Source: Yuukianura sp. NJ FZ-2021
Lineage: Eukaryota
Assembly (NCBI GenBank): GCA_046563655.1
Contig: CM102289.1
Location: 3,286,001-3,350,000 of the forward strand
DNA length: 64,000 nucleotides
Direction: 5' to 3'
Each line of letters begins with the position of its first letter. Positions within the stretch are counted from its first letter, which is position 1. The notes beneath the pieces were generated by a model. That model saw only the letters and a program-made list of their open reading frames with translations. It made no database searches and was not told the DNA's origin. The translations under genes and the position numbers were made by a program. Below are positions 12,801 through 24,800 of this stretch, in pieces.

Positions 12801-15800
12801 ATTATAGCATAACACATTTGCAGTAGAATGGGATGCCGCTGAATCCAACCTTGACAATTCTAGTAAGACTGCCGAATCGGTGCTTAGTTTTAGATAACTG
12901 AACTTCCTTTTGATAGATTTTGCAGATTATTTATGATGGTTTTCCCTTTGAACGTACTTTTCGTTGCTTTTAAACGAAGCTTTGAAAATGTACTTAGTAT
13001 TAAATGACCTCCTTCATAAGTTAGGTCGTTCTGTCGTCAATGTCACCGTCACGGACCTCCAAGGCTACATTTAAAAGCACCACAGCCGTCGCTTTGGTTA
13101 TAATTGAATTAGTTCTGGAACACAACGGGCCTTCAAAGACTACATTTTTAGTTGAAAGAGTCGTGTGTCAAGCATTCACTTTGTCCTGTACCCAGTATTT
13201 TATAGAGCTAATCACATCATTCCTCTTCGTGTACTTTCCTCTAGTGAAGGCTAAAGTTAGGTTCAGTTTGTAATGCTAGGTTAAGTTAACAACGGTACGT
13301 TACGTTATCGTAGGAAGGTGTATGGTGGTTGAAGTGGTCAAAGTCTTCTGAAATCCTTCTTTGAGGTAGTAGTAAGTGGGTAGTCTGAGAAAGTGGTTCA
13401 ATTTGAGAGACTAATAAACATAAATCTGGGACTTACCCAAGGAGGCATGGCGTGCATGTTGGCAGTGCGATGATGGTAGTTGAGAACCACAACGGTGAGA
13501 ACCACAGATGAGGCCACCATGAACATTATACAGTTGAAGTAAGTTCCTGGAGTTAGGCCACCATTTACGTTATGTCGAGTGGCACAAAAGAAGAGAAAAA
13601 GAGAACAATTTCCATGGTTAAAAATTCATTAGTTTAATCAACTGTAGAAGAAAAGAGAAAGTGAGAAAGAGAAAGCCGGGATGAACAGAGGTAATGACTG
13701 GCTGCAATGGATTATTCATGCCCACACAACAAAAAACATAACCAAACAAGAAGTAAAGGAATGGATCACACAGTTGCAGTGATAGACGAGCTTTGGCCAA
13801 GCAGAAGAAAACCAGAGACTATAGTTGAAAACGGTTATTGCCGTGTTGCATTACATTAGTGGCGGAAGAATATTCAAAGAGAAAGCACATTCTGAGACAA
13901 TGATGCTTTTGGACGCAGAATGGAGGAAATGAAGGAGAAAGTAAACCAGTGGCATCCTCCAGCACATGCACCGCTAACCACGACCACTACTGCCACGTCT
14001 CATTTCCTACAACTTCCAGTACTACTGACACGATAGTCTCAAACACGAACAGGACATGACAGTCGCTGGCACTGGAGGGAGTTTTGGGTAATGGAGTCAT
14101 CCAAACATGATCATCCCATCCACCTACCGCCAAAGGAAAGCGCAGATTGGAAAGTTTACGCCGAGGAAACAGCAGGAAACTAAGTTACACCGCAAGAAAA
14201 TTTGAGGAAACTGACTTTCGACTAACCATAACTTTATTATCTCAAAGTTACTTCAAAATTTTGAATTTAATTTTCAAAAAATGGCGGTATAGGAAATTAG
14301 GTTATATTTCAAATATGGCGCTAAGTCAAAGCAGAAAAAATGGAAGGAGCAATAACCTAAACAACGCAAAGGCCAAGCGTTGTAGGTTTCAATTAGTTTA
14401 GCCTGGTTGGCTTAGGAGTTCAGTCATTAGGTTCGTTCATTAGGTTCGTAAGATTGGTAGATTTTTATAAAGTAACTGACTACCGTAGTAGTTAGTAGCT
14501 TAAGCTAACGCTAGGTTAGGTTAGATTAGTCTCGTTTAAATTGTAATTACGTTACTGTGCTTAGATGTTGGTGCACTTAAATACTTGCATGATTAACTAC
14601 TAATTTTTCAGATTTTAAAATCTAAAATGAAATTAATGTTAAACTTAATCCAAATTTTGATTAGAAAATTCAAAATTCCTGTTTCGGTTTTCTGTTGGTT
14701 TTATGAAGTTAAGAAAAATATTTTTTTGAAAATTTGTAGAAAAACAAATGTTGTTGAAAAATTTAAAGCTGTAACGAGTTTCCTCAAAATTTCAGCAGAA
14801 CAGTTTAAGCGGGTTGGAAAGCACTGAATTTCAGTGTCGATTAAACGAACTGTCTACAAGGAACCCTTGTGAGCCCTGAGCATTGAAAAGATGAAGGAGA
14901 AAACATGAGAATAACCGAAATGACGGAGGAGTCGTCTGGGTTTCATAAATAATAAAAAGAAGGAAAAAGTTTTTCCAATTTTTTTTCAGTAACGTTGTGT
15001 ACTATAATGCGTAATGGTGAAAGCACAAGGAAAGTGACTTTTGCTGGGATAGAAGTGAGACTCCTGAACTTTTTTTCATTTTAATATATCATCCCTAAAA
15101 CGAAAAGTTCTCTATCTTTTCCCCCGTTCTTTTTAAGTTTCCCAAGAGAACATTCTATGGCTGATGATTGGATGATAAATTTGTTTTTGTAACTACATCA
15201 TACCCTCCCATTTTCAAAAATTTAGGTAAACGTTGTAGAACATTTAGGGTAGGACCATTATGCGTGTACCAAAAATCAATCATTCAAAAGCGCGTTGGCA
15301 AAAAAAAAATGGTTGACACAAAATTTGAAAAAAAAAGTTTCCAAAATTGACATTAATTGATTCCATACCATGCTTGCAAAAAACCTTGGTTACAAAAACG
15401 GCGTTCATGGCAAATCTAGGTCATCGCAACAAGTTCGCCAACAAACGCATTTTCACAAAAGCTTTCAAAATTATCACACAAAAATGTGCTCCTTGAATGT
15501 CCAAAATTTCGAGTCAGTCAAGGCATGGCTGCTGTGGTGTCTTATGTTGTTTGGCAATGGATCAGCAAAAAATAATGCTTATCTCATCGCTGTTTTCAAA
15601 GTCACGTCAAAAACTTTGTTTTCAAGAAAACGTCGGGAACACTTACGTCCAAAACTTGAAAACTTCTTTCTCTTGCCTTTTCCAAGGTAGAGGAAAGTAC
15701 AAAAGCCTCGCGGTAGCTCATGCGCTACCAAGTTTTTCAAAATTGTTTCAACATGAAAAGCATTTTCATCTCCACTGTTGTTGGACTCACACAAATTCAA

Positions 15801-18800
15801 ATCAGACTCTTGGGATTTTCTTTAGAAAAATTTTCATAGCGGAACATTTTTGTGGAGGGTTTTGTTGGAAATTTGAGAAAGGAAAAAACTACTTTAGGAG
15901 AAAGGGCTTGGAAATGAATAGGGAAAGAATACAAAAAAAAAATCTGCAGTGTAGTGTGTTTTCTACAAAACCAAGTTTTTTATAGCTTAAATTTAAAAAT
16001 ATGTTAATGTTGTTTGACCATTTCTCAACATAAGTTATTATTGTTTGGTGGGGTGCTTTGTGAAAATATGAATTTTTATAAAAGTGGCAAATAATTTTTT
16101 GAACTGAAAGTGAAGCTTTCAAATTTAAAGCTTTTGTTTTTAAACTTGGAGGTTGACTCTGTTTAGAACACAGTGTTTTGCCGAGGCGAAATAAAATTTA
16201 AGCTTATTATGTAATTAAGTTAGGAGTGAAATTGTGTTGATTGAATTCTGTACCTAAGAGGGGAACAGTGTCAGAGAGTTTAGGATTCTTATCGGCCACC
16301 AGAAGAGAGAAAACAGTAAGGGATAACAAAATGGTTACACCTGAAATGGAACAAAACAGAAGAGAAAATAGGGGCTTGTGCTTTCAATTCCCCCTAGTAA
16401 ATGCTTTCTCCAATTTCAAACAAAAAAGGCGGGAAACGACGAGTTTTGCGCCGGCCTTCGAAAAACTTTTTTTTAATTAATTGATAATTAATTAGTAAAT
16501 TATTTAATTAATTGGTAAATAATAATGACAATCACTATCTGAAATCTTAAAATGAGATAAGAAGAACAGAATGGAAAAACTAAGGGGAACACATGTTCTC
16601 CCTTCGTGAGAGATTACTCCTGCCGCGCAATTTCTGCGACAAAACAAATTTTCCTCCCCACCCACGGGAAAGCATTTACTGGGGGTAATTGAAGGCACTA
16701 GGAACATTGTGTGGTTACTATACGCAATGAGTAGCTCATTGTTTCAACTAAATTTGATCAAATTCAATTGCATCAACTAAATTATACTGACAGAATTGTA
16801 TCAAATCGCTCATTATGTTTTATATCTTATTCTCTTTTTACAATCCCCCCCCCCCCCTGATGCAGCAATGATTGGCACAATTGAGTTGATCCGATTTAGT
16901 TGAACCAATTTTAGTTGATCTAAAGGCATCAAACGATGGTTTGAAACCAAGTACTCAATATTATGTTCACAACATTGGAAGCATTGGTTGTTGTACTTGT
17001 TCGCCTTTCAAGTCATTCGTGTTTCTCCACCCAACAACTCACGATTCCACTGTGGAACAACCTTGCAACGATATCTGATGATGTTCTATTCTGATCTAAA
17101 TTGTAAAGAATCTACAGAAACCAGGGCAGAGGGACGGAAAATGTTTGAGGCGGAAGGAGAAGACTTTTGGCTCGCTGAATTGCGGAACGAAAGTAGAGGT
17201 ATACAGAATCACATCCGCTAAAGAAAATGCATCCCGTAGAGAAAGAGAAAACGACACAAAAAAGTAGACAAGAAGGAAATTGGAGAAAGTTGGAAAGAAA
17301 GGGTTGACAGCAGACAGGAGAGAGCAGAAGGCAAGTTAAGGAGAAAAGACATTAGTTAATTCATACGAATAAGATGAAAAAGTAGATAGAAAAAGAGATA
17401 CAATTTAGGAAATGATGAAAAACTGAGTAAAAAAGAAAAACAAACAGAGTATAAACGCTGAAACGAGTGTTTGTTTTTGGAGAAAAAAATGTTGTTTTTT
17501 GTTTTTGAAACAAGTTGTACCTAACAATGGCATCGCATCAGAGACCTGGGGAAGTTTCTCAGCAACCAAATTGAGAAACACGGTTAAAGACAGCAAAATG
17601 GTAACTCCTATAGTAAAAGGAAATATAGTAAAATTACCAATTTGTACTTGTATCAAGTTACTCGGCGAATGCGGATCCACTAAACAAAAACTGAAATGAA
17701 TACGACCAATGTCCTTAATTTTCAATTTTTACTCTACGCATACACTTCTACTTTGTTTGCTTTTCCAACCTCCAGAGCGCGTGTATTGAACAAAAAATGC
17801 TTTGAAGAAAAACCTCCTGGAAAAAAATTCGTGGAAGTAAGTGGAAACGGAAAAGAAAGTTCTATTTGGGACGTTCTACATTTCCTACTTTTGTCTTTCT
17901 CCATGGTTACAGATACTCCAGAGGTGGAAAAGGAAGTGTAGAATGGCGCTAGTTTTCTACTTTTGATTTCAAATGTCAATAGTTGCAGCAAAGAGTTTCA
18001 GTCTGGAGGGAATTTTTGAAAACATACACCCAACTTTGTCATATCTGTCGCAAAACTTTTTCCGCTTCTGCCTCTACCTGAGTTGTCCTCAGTGCTTTCT
18101 CCTTTCCTCCTTTCTCTTTTCCTTTCCGATAACTTTTGATTTGCTTCCTGCATTTTGTAGGGAAACACTGTTTTCCAGGACGAAATACCAAAATACAGGG
18201 AAATACGTTAAACTTTTTTTTAAAACGATGGCATTTTTTTTTACAAAAATTATTTTGAAACACAAATAATAAAGCAGCACATGATTTTTTTCATTTACGT
18301 CGTAACAGATTTTACGCTGCAATGGACAAAACAATTCGTATAATATTCACATCCTTTGTTGCTACTCTCGGCATTGCTCGACGTTAAATACGTAAAAACG
18401 AGAAACATCTATTTTCATCTACAGTTTTCTGTTGTCAAAGGGCCTCAGTTCCCTTTGGGTTTGAATTTGAACTTTTAAAATTTCGATTCTGTCCGGATGT
18501 AGAGAGCAAGTCAAGATGTCATTGTCACGGAGAGTTAAGGAGAAATGTGAGTTGAAAGGTTTAATATACATAGAGTCACAAGAAGAACATGGAAAGTAGA
18601 GACTTTCTCCTTCACTGTTCCAAGGGCTTTCAAGTGAAAGCCAAAAGTGAAAAGAACTTCAAGTCAAGAGTGGTGCATGTCAAAAGGGCCTAGGATGAAG
18701 AGCATCTCTGTTACTGGTGGAAACCCTTTGGGCACAAATATCCAAATGGATTTCCCTCCATTTGGTCACAGTGATCTCCTGGATATTTTTCCAACATAAG

Positions 18801-21800
18801 CCTAACTTTGGACGTGGACGTATGACACACCCTATGAAGTTTTCCCTGTTGTATATACTTTACTCTAGGGTCAGGCGTGCATGTCAAAAGGGGCTTTGGA
18901 AAGAAATACTTTGTTGTCGTTGACCTCTGAAACCCGGAAAATGGGAATTCGAACCACGCTTGTGTATGGGCAAGGAGGCTGAAGACTTATTATGGACGTT
19001 GGGATTTGAGCGCTTGGCTTTGATCCCTCTTTTTGACAAATGAAACATTCAAAGTTGTCCACTCTAGGCTGAATACAAAGTTTCAAAAAGAGGAATGCCA
19101 ACAAAGTAGAAAATTCTCGGACAAAAAAGAATATTTTCTTTGAAATTTTGCAAAATTTGACTAATCCTGACAACTATGACTACAGTGACTGGAAAATTAA
19201 ATTTGGCAAATTTCTACACTATGAAAACATAACACAAGGAAAGTGTTACATAGTGCAACTTTTGTCTAGTCGTTGTCGTAACTTGTTTGACTAAAGATAA
19301 CACATAATCCTAACTTTGCACATTCAATAAATACTAAAACTTTTGCATGTTTTGCACATAATAAAAACACTTTTTTTCAGGCACATGGCCAGCAACAGCT
19401 TATGGTATTGTCCAGTTCGTCAAAAGTCAGAAATTGTCATTGGCGTAACAAGGAGTACAACACTGGCAGATGCTTGAGCAATCATATGACTACGACCACA
19501 GTTTTTTTTAAATTACACAAGGCAGGGAAAATTTTACAGGTTTACAGGTTTTGTGTTTGAATGACGCTGGCTATATTTTTCGTAGCAGCCAAGCCTGAAA
19601 AAAAACTTGGTACTTTTCTACTGAGCGATCAGCATAAAAACAAACGTCTTTGCAAAAACCTCAAATTACCCAAACTGTATTCGAAATTTCTTGAGCAATA
19701 TAACTAATCAAATATAAAATAGTTAAAGTTAATTTAAAAATGATATTTAAAAAACCTGAAAAGTAAACAATGAAGAAAATGTGGAATCTCTGACTTTGAA
19801 AAAAGAAGTGTTATTTGAGATTCTTTCAAAAACGTTTCGTTTTTTGCTGATTGCTCAGTAGAAAAACACCAACCTTGTTTTTCAGGCTAGGCTGCTACGA
19901 ATAATAATTGGACTGTTTTTTCAAAGGTTTAACTTTGACTACGAGGATTATATGTTACATAAGAAGGTTTGTTTGGCTGTTAAGTGTACTTTGTTACGTT
20001 TTACCAATTAATGGCACAGCATCTGACGTAGAAGGCATTTTTTCTGCTACTAAGTTGAGAAAGACGGTAAGTGAGAGTAATATTGTTACGCCTGGAAATA
20101 TAAATACGGTTAAAGGAAAACACAATTTTCAAACTCAGTGGAACAGCCTTGATGCAAAGGTTTTGCTTTTTTTTATGTAAAACCTCAAAGAATCTGAAAT
20201 TTTTAGCTGTTTGAACTTTTTCCAACAAAAGAAAGTTTTGAAATTCTAAGTTATTAAATTGAAAAAAAAATCCTGTGATTTAAACCCTCTGCTCTCCATT
20301 TCATTTTTATAAAAGTACTACTTCAAAAAGTGCTTGCATTTGCAGAAAAGAATTGGCTTAGAAAACTTCTAATGCTTCAAAAATTTTTTACTTCAACCAC
20401 TTTAGGTGCACTTGTAACGAAAAAAAATCCTTTTAGTGAAGTTACTTTTATTGAAGGACGCTTAGAGTGCGAGTGGAAAAAGCTAAAGGGAAAAAGCTCA
20501 TTTGGCCTTTTCAAAATTGCGAGTCATTTCAACCCAAGTACTAATCACTGGAGCTTGGCGGTTTAATTAGAGAGATACGCCAAAACGGCTCTACCTTCAT
20601 GAGCAGTTAAGTGGAAGCGCAAATGACGATATCAGCCTCGCTTCTATTAATTACTAATCAATGTTTACTGTTGTAACTCTAGTCTCGGTAACATATCTGA
20701 TGTCGCCCTCTCAACTTTTTATGGTATTAAACGCTTCCCTGTTAAATTTGAGCACGTAAACTCAATTTGCGGTAAATATTAGAGACCTTAGGCAATTTTG
20801 CTTCGGGTTTGAATTTATCTCGAGCGAATTTGGTAGCTAAACTAAACCAAATGACGTAAAGATTTGGTTAAGTTTAGTTACCACGTGAAAGTAACTAATA
20901 TTGACTATAGTTAGACTTACCTAATGTTAATTTTTCTCCCGAATCGGGAGGGAGTGTGAAGCCCAGAAGGGCCATTGATGAGATCAGTACGCAGGGGACA
21001 ATTAAGTTAAAGAAATAGTACAAAGTTCGTCGTCTGATTTGGATGGTATAGGTTATGCTCACATATGGTTCCGGACAGCACTGTAATGAAATGTTCGAGT
21101 TACAATTTAGTTACTCCCTGCACAGAAAAAACTCTGGATCAAGCTTCTTTGACAACGGAAAGTTAATTTTGTTTAACAGGTTAGGTACTACCTGGCTTGT
21201 TGACAACAAAAATCGAAAAGTAAAAAATTAGTACCAATAATTCGTATGCAAAATTTGAAAAAAAAAGTCGTTTTATTGATATGACTGAGATGCCCTGAAA
21301 TGAAAATGAAATTTGTTTGGCAAAATCGAAAAAAACAAGAGGTATTACCCAACATGTTTAAAAAAAAGTAACAAATCAACAAATCTTACTCTGGATTTGG
21401 TTTTTTGAAGTTTGTTACAAAAATAAGTATATTAGAAAACCTACCGTGTAATGGATTACATCCCGAACACCAGGCATGCCTGCAAGAAATTAAGCGGAAA
21501 CATGTAGTTAGTCCTTGAGATTAAGATTGATTTGACACTTGGCTAAAGTGGATTGACATTGTTTGACACTGGAAAGGTTATAAATGATGGAGGGGACTTT
21601 GATTTGACATGAAAGTTCACGTCCTCTGCTTCTGCTTCTTCTATCTGTCATCATGTTTTATTATTTTCTAAGCATCTCCCGCCCTCCAGCACCACTCCGC
21701 CCAGTTACTCATTAATAATTCCACTTGAACAATGACATGATTAATTCAAAATTGTTCAAGAAAAAGTTTCACGTAAACATCACTAGTAGAATTAGAAATT

Positions 21801-24800
21801 AAGTACAGAATTATACAACAAAAGCTTTAGAAACTTTTTCTTTTCTTGAAAAAGTTTCAAGTTTCTGCCGAGACAAAATTCTTATGAATGGAAATCAAAT
21901 TCTGAAGGACTTTCTCCATTCGATTGTGCACAAAATAGGATTTCTTTTCACAAGGAGAAAAATATGTTGTCACAAATCCATAAAAATTCAAAATGTTTCC
22001 ATAAATATTTAAATATATCTTCTGTGTAGATTTGAAACACCGTTTTAAGTAAAAAACTGTTCTCTTTTTATGCTTATGCTTTCCCCTGTTCCCGTGCACA
22101 TCAGAATTTAAGTTTCCATAAAATTAGAATCAGCACAAATTTCCCATCTAGGCCAACTGGAGCCACATAGGTTTCTTCTTTGGAAAGAAAGAAAAAAGCG
22201 ATTACTTTCACCGTAGGTGATTGAATGGAAACCCAAATAAAACCTCGAAGGAACCGTAATGTTTCCCGCACTTCTTTTGTGTCTGAGGATAAAAGCTCCT
22301 TTTCATGCTTTCTCTACTACGTTTTTGAAGGTTAGGTTAGGCTTTTTTAAAGCAACTGAAGCAGAACTCTCTTCCAATAAAATATGCGCAACCCAAGCAA
22401 TTCCTTAAACTTGCACTTGAGCTTTCATCATCATCCCAATCGACTTTTGAGTTAAGATCCATCCGAGCTCTAGAAAGCCCATTCATCATGTCTCCCCTTT
22501 TGCTTTCAACGATTCCCTAACTGATTTAGTACCCACCGAGTAATGCTATCTTGGATTTCTTCAATTGGAGAAAGTCAGCGAAGCGAAGTTAAGTCCTTGG
22601 AAACCTCACAGATTCTACCAAAGTGAAAGCCTAAGTTAGGCTAGGATCTGTAAAGTTAGGTTAGACTCAATCCCTACGTTAGGTTATGAAGTGGGGCGAG
22701 AAGGCGCGGTGGTTGACCAGAAGACATGGAATTGGTTCCGTCTGAAAGGGTTATGTGGTGGAGTGCGTTTCTTTGAGAATCGTGAAACGTGCTTCCTTGC
22801 TTTCAGCAAGATGAAAAATGAAATCCATACCTAGTAATTCCCATTCACCATTGGAGATGAAGCTGGTCAAGTCCCCTCCAGCTTCGTCTTTCATTGTCAG
22901 ATCGACCTGAGAGGGAAAAAGTAGGCCAAATTTTAGTAATGCCAATCACATCACAGGGATTTTGAACTGTTCGTTTATCAAAGGCTTAATCCTAGAAATA
23001 ACCTAGGAAACCAGTAAACCTAGGGCAAAATAACTGTTGGAACAAACTAACCTGGTCCCCATCGTACGTCCAACTCCCGAACTTCATTGTGCACTCTTGA
23101 TCGTCGAACGGGAACCACGTGATATCAATTTTACATGTACTTTTGAATATCCCCGGTGGAACGTAAAGGCAACTTCCGTTGTTTCTTACCACAATGTTTG
23201 TAGGAAAGGCTCCGTCGAACCCCTCATCGGCACTGGAGAAATTAAAATTCAACAAAATTAAAAAATAAAAGGCATTTTGTAGAGTTAAAAAAAACTAAAG
23301 TTAAACTCGTGGCGAATTCAACCAAATTGTTTTATTTAATCTAAACCGCTCGTGCCAGAAACAACCCGAGGCTCAGTTTTAAATTATACTTTTTAATCCG
23401 GTTTTACTTTCTATACAATTCAAAGAAACTGAAATTTTGAATAAAATATTTCCTCCGGCCGCCAGTTTCAAACTATCTATGGCTGAATGCTGCTTTTTAT
23501 TGAAATTTGCTTTCCTTACCACAGAAACTGCTGCTTTTAACATTATAAATCTCAAATTAAGCATTCCTGTGCGTTTCGTCCCGTTTTTAGAATTTACAAA
23601 AAACTTGAAACAGTAAGTACAGGTCATTCTTTCAAATTATTTTGGTTCTCGTACATTGACGATGTCATCGTCCTTCTGCTTGACATGTGAAATGACCGTA
23701 TCCAGAAGATGTCTGAGAAGATACAGGATGAATCGTAACTGAGGAAATCTTGACATTGATGAATGATAAGAACAAAAAGTTTGTGTATTCTGGAGCAGAA
23801 GTGAAAGCAGCTTGATTGAGCCATCTGAGCAGGGAGAAAGTTCTGGACGGCTTAATTGGGATATTCCTTGTCCTTTAGTTTAATCCTCTTACTTGGCAAG
23901 TTAATATTAATGTCTCAAAGTATCAACAATCTTTTCAAGGAATTTACTGCAAGTGCGTCACTATTTTTTCAAAATGCCCGCTTTTTAAATGACAGTGAGG
24001 AAGTAGATTTAGGGCATGACAAATGGCAATTTCTAACTTTTGGATCACCAGTCTCTTGGGAATGAAAAATTGAGTGTTTCAAATTTTTTGACCCACCTTC
24101 ACTTTTAACAGATGATTGATGTGAAAGGAGAGTGTTTGTGAATATGGAATAGGATTTTTTGTATTTTCAATTTATCAAAAAAAATTAAATTTGACATAAG
24201 AAATGTCCTTACCTGTTATACATTAAAATATCTGGACGCCATAACTTAAGGGGGTTGATCCGTATGTTGTTCAAACCCTCGTATTCAGTGTCGTTCCAAA
24301 TTAAATTGTAATCATTCCATTCCTGCGTAAATTGAAGAAGAACGTATTAAAACTTTGTAAAATTCTTTGATTTTTTTTAGTATTTGAATTCTTTTGACTT
24401 TTGTTTTCATTAGATCAAATTAAGCAAATGGAAAACGTTTTGTTCAAAATCGAGCGCCTTTCTCAGATTCGAATTTCCTAAAAAGACAAGAAGTTTGTAG
24501 CTTTTGAGATGACTCTTAAATGCTTGATCGTATTTAATTTATTCATGCTTGGACTGAATGATAAAGCAGCTTCTGTTCACTTCTGGGACTCGCCAACTAT
24601 TGTTCAAAATCTTGTCTTATCAAATGAAACTTTCTCCCAGCTTTTCCTAGTTCTGAATCAAGCCTGTTGTTTTACTGCTGCTTAGAGTCCATTTGCTTAC
24701 AGTTTGAACTCAAGCAGGAACAAAACATAAAGTTGACTTGACTCCTGTGCCGGGAGCTCTTTGAAAAGACGTAAAATTAATTCCTTTCTACCATTGATTC

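Noticed and set aside
11150..14530. Scattered GGTTA/TAACC runs as interstitial telomeres
   Set aside because: Only 2-3 degenerate units each and found throughout the window; treated as background low-complexity motif.
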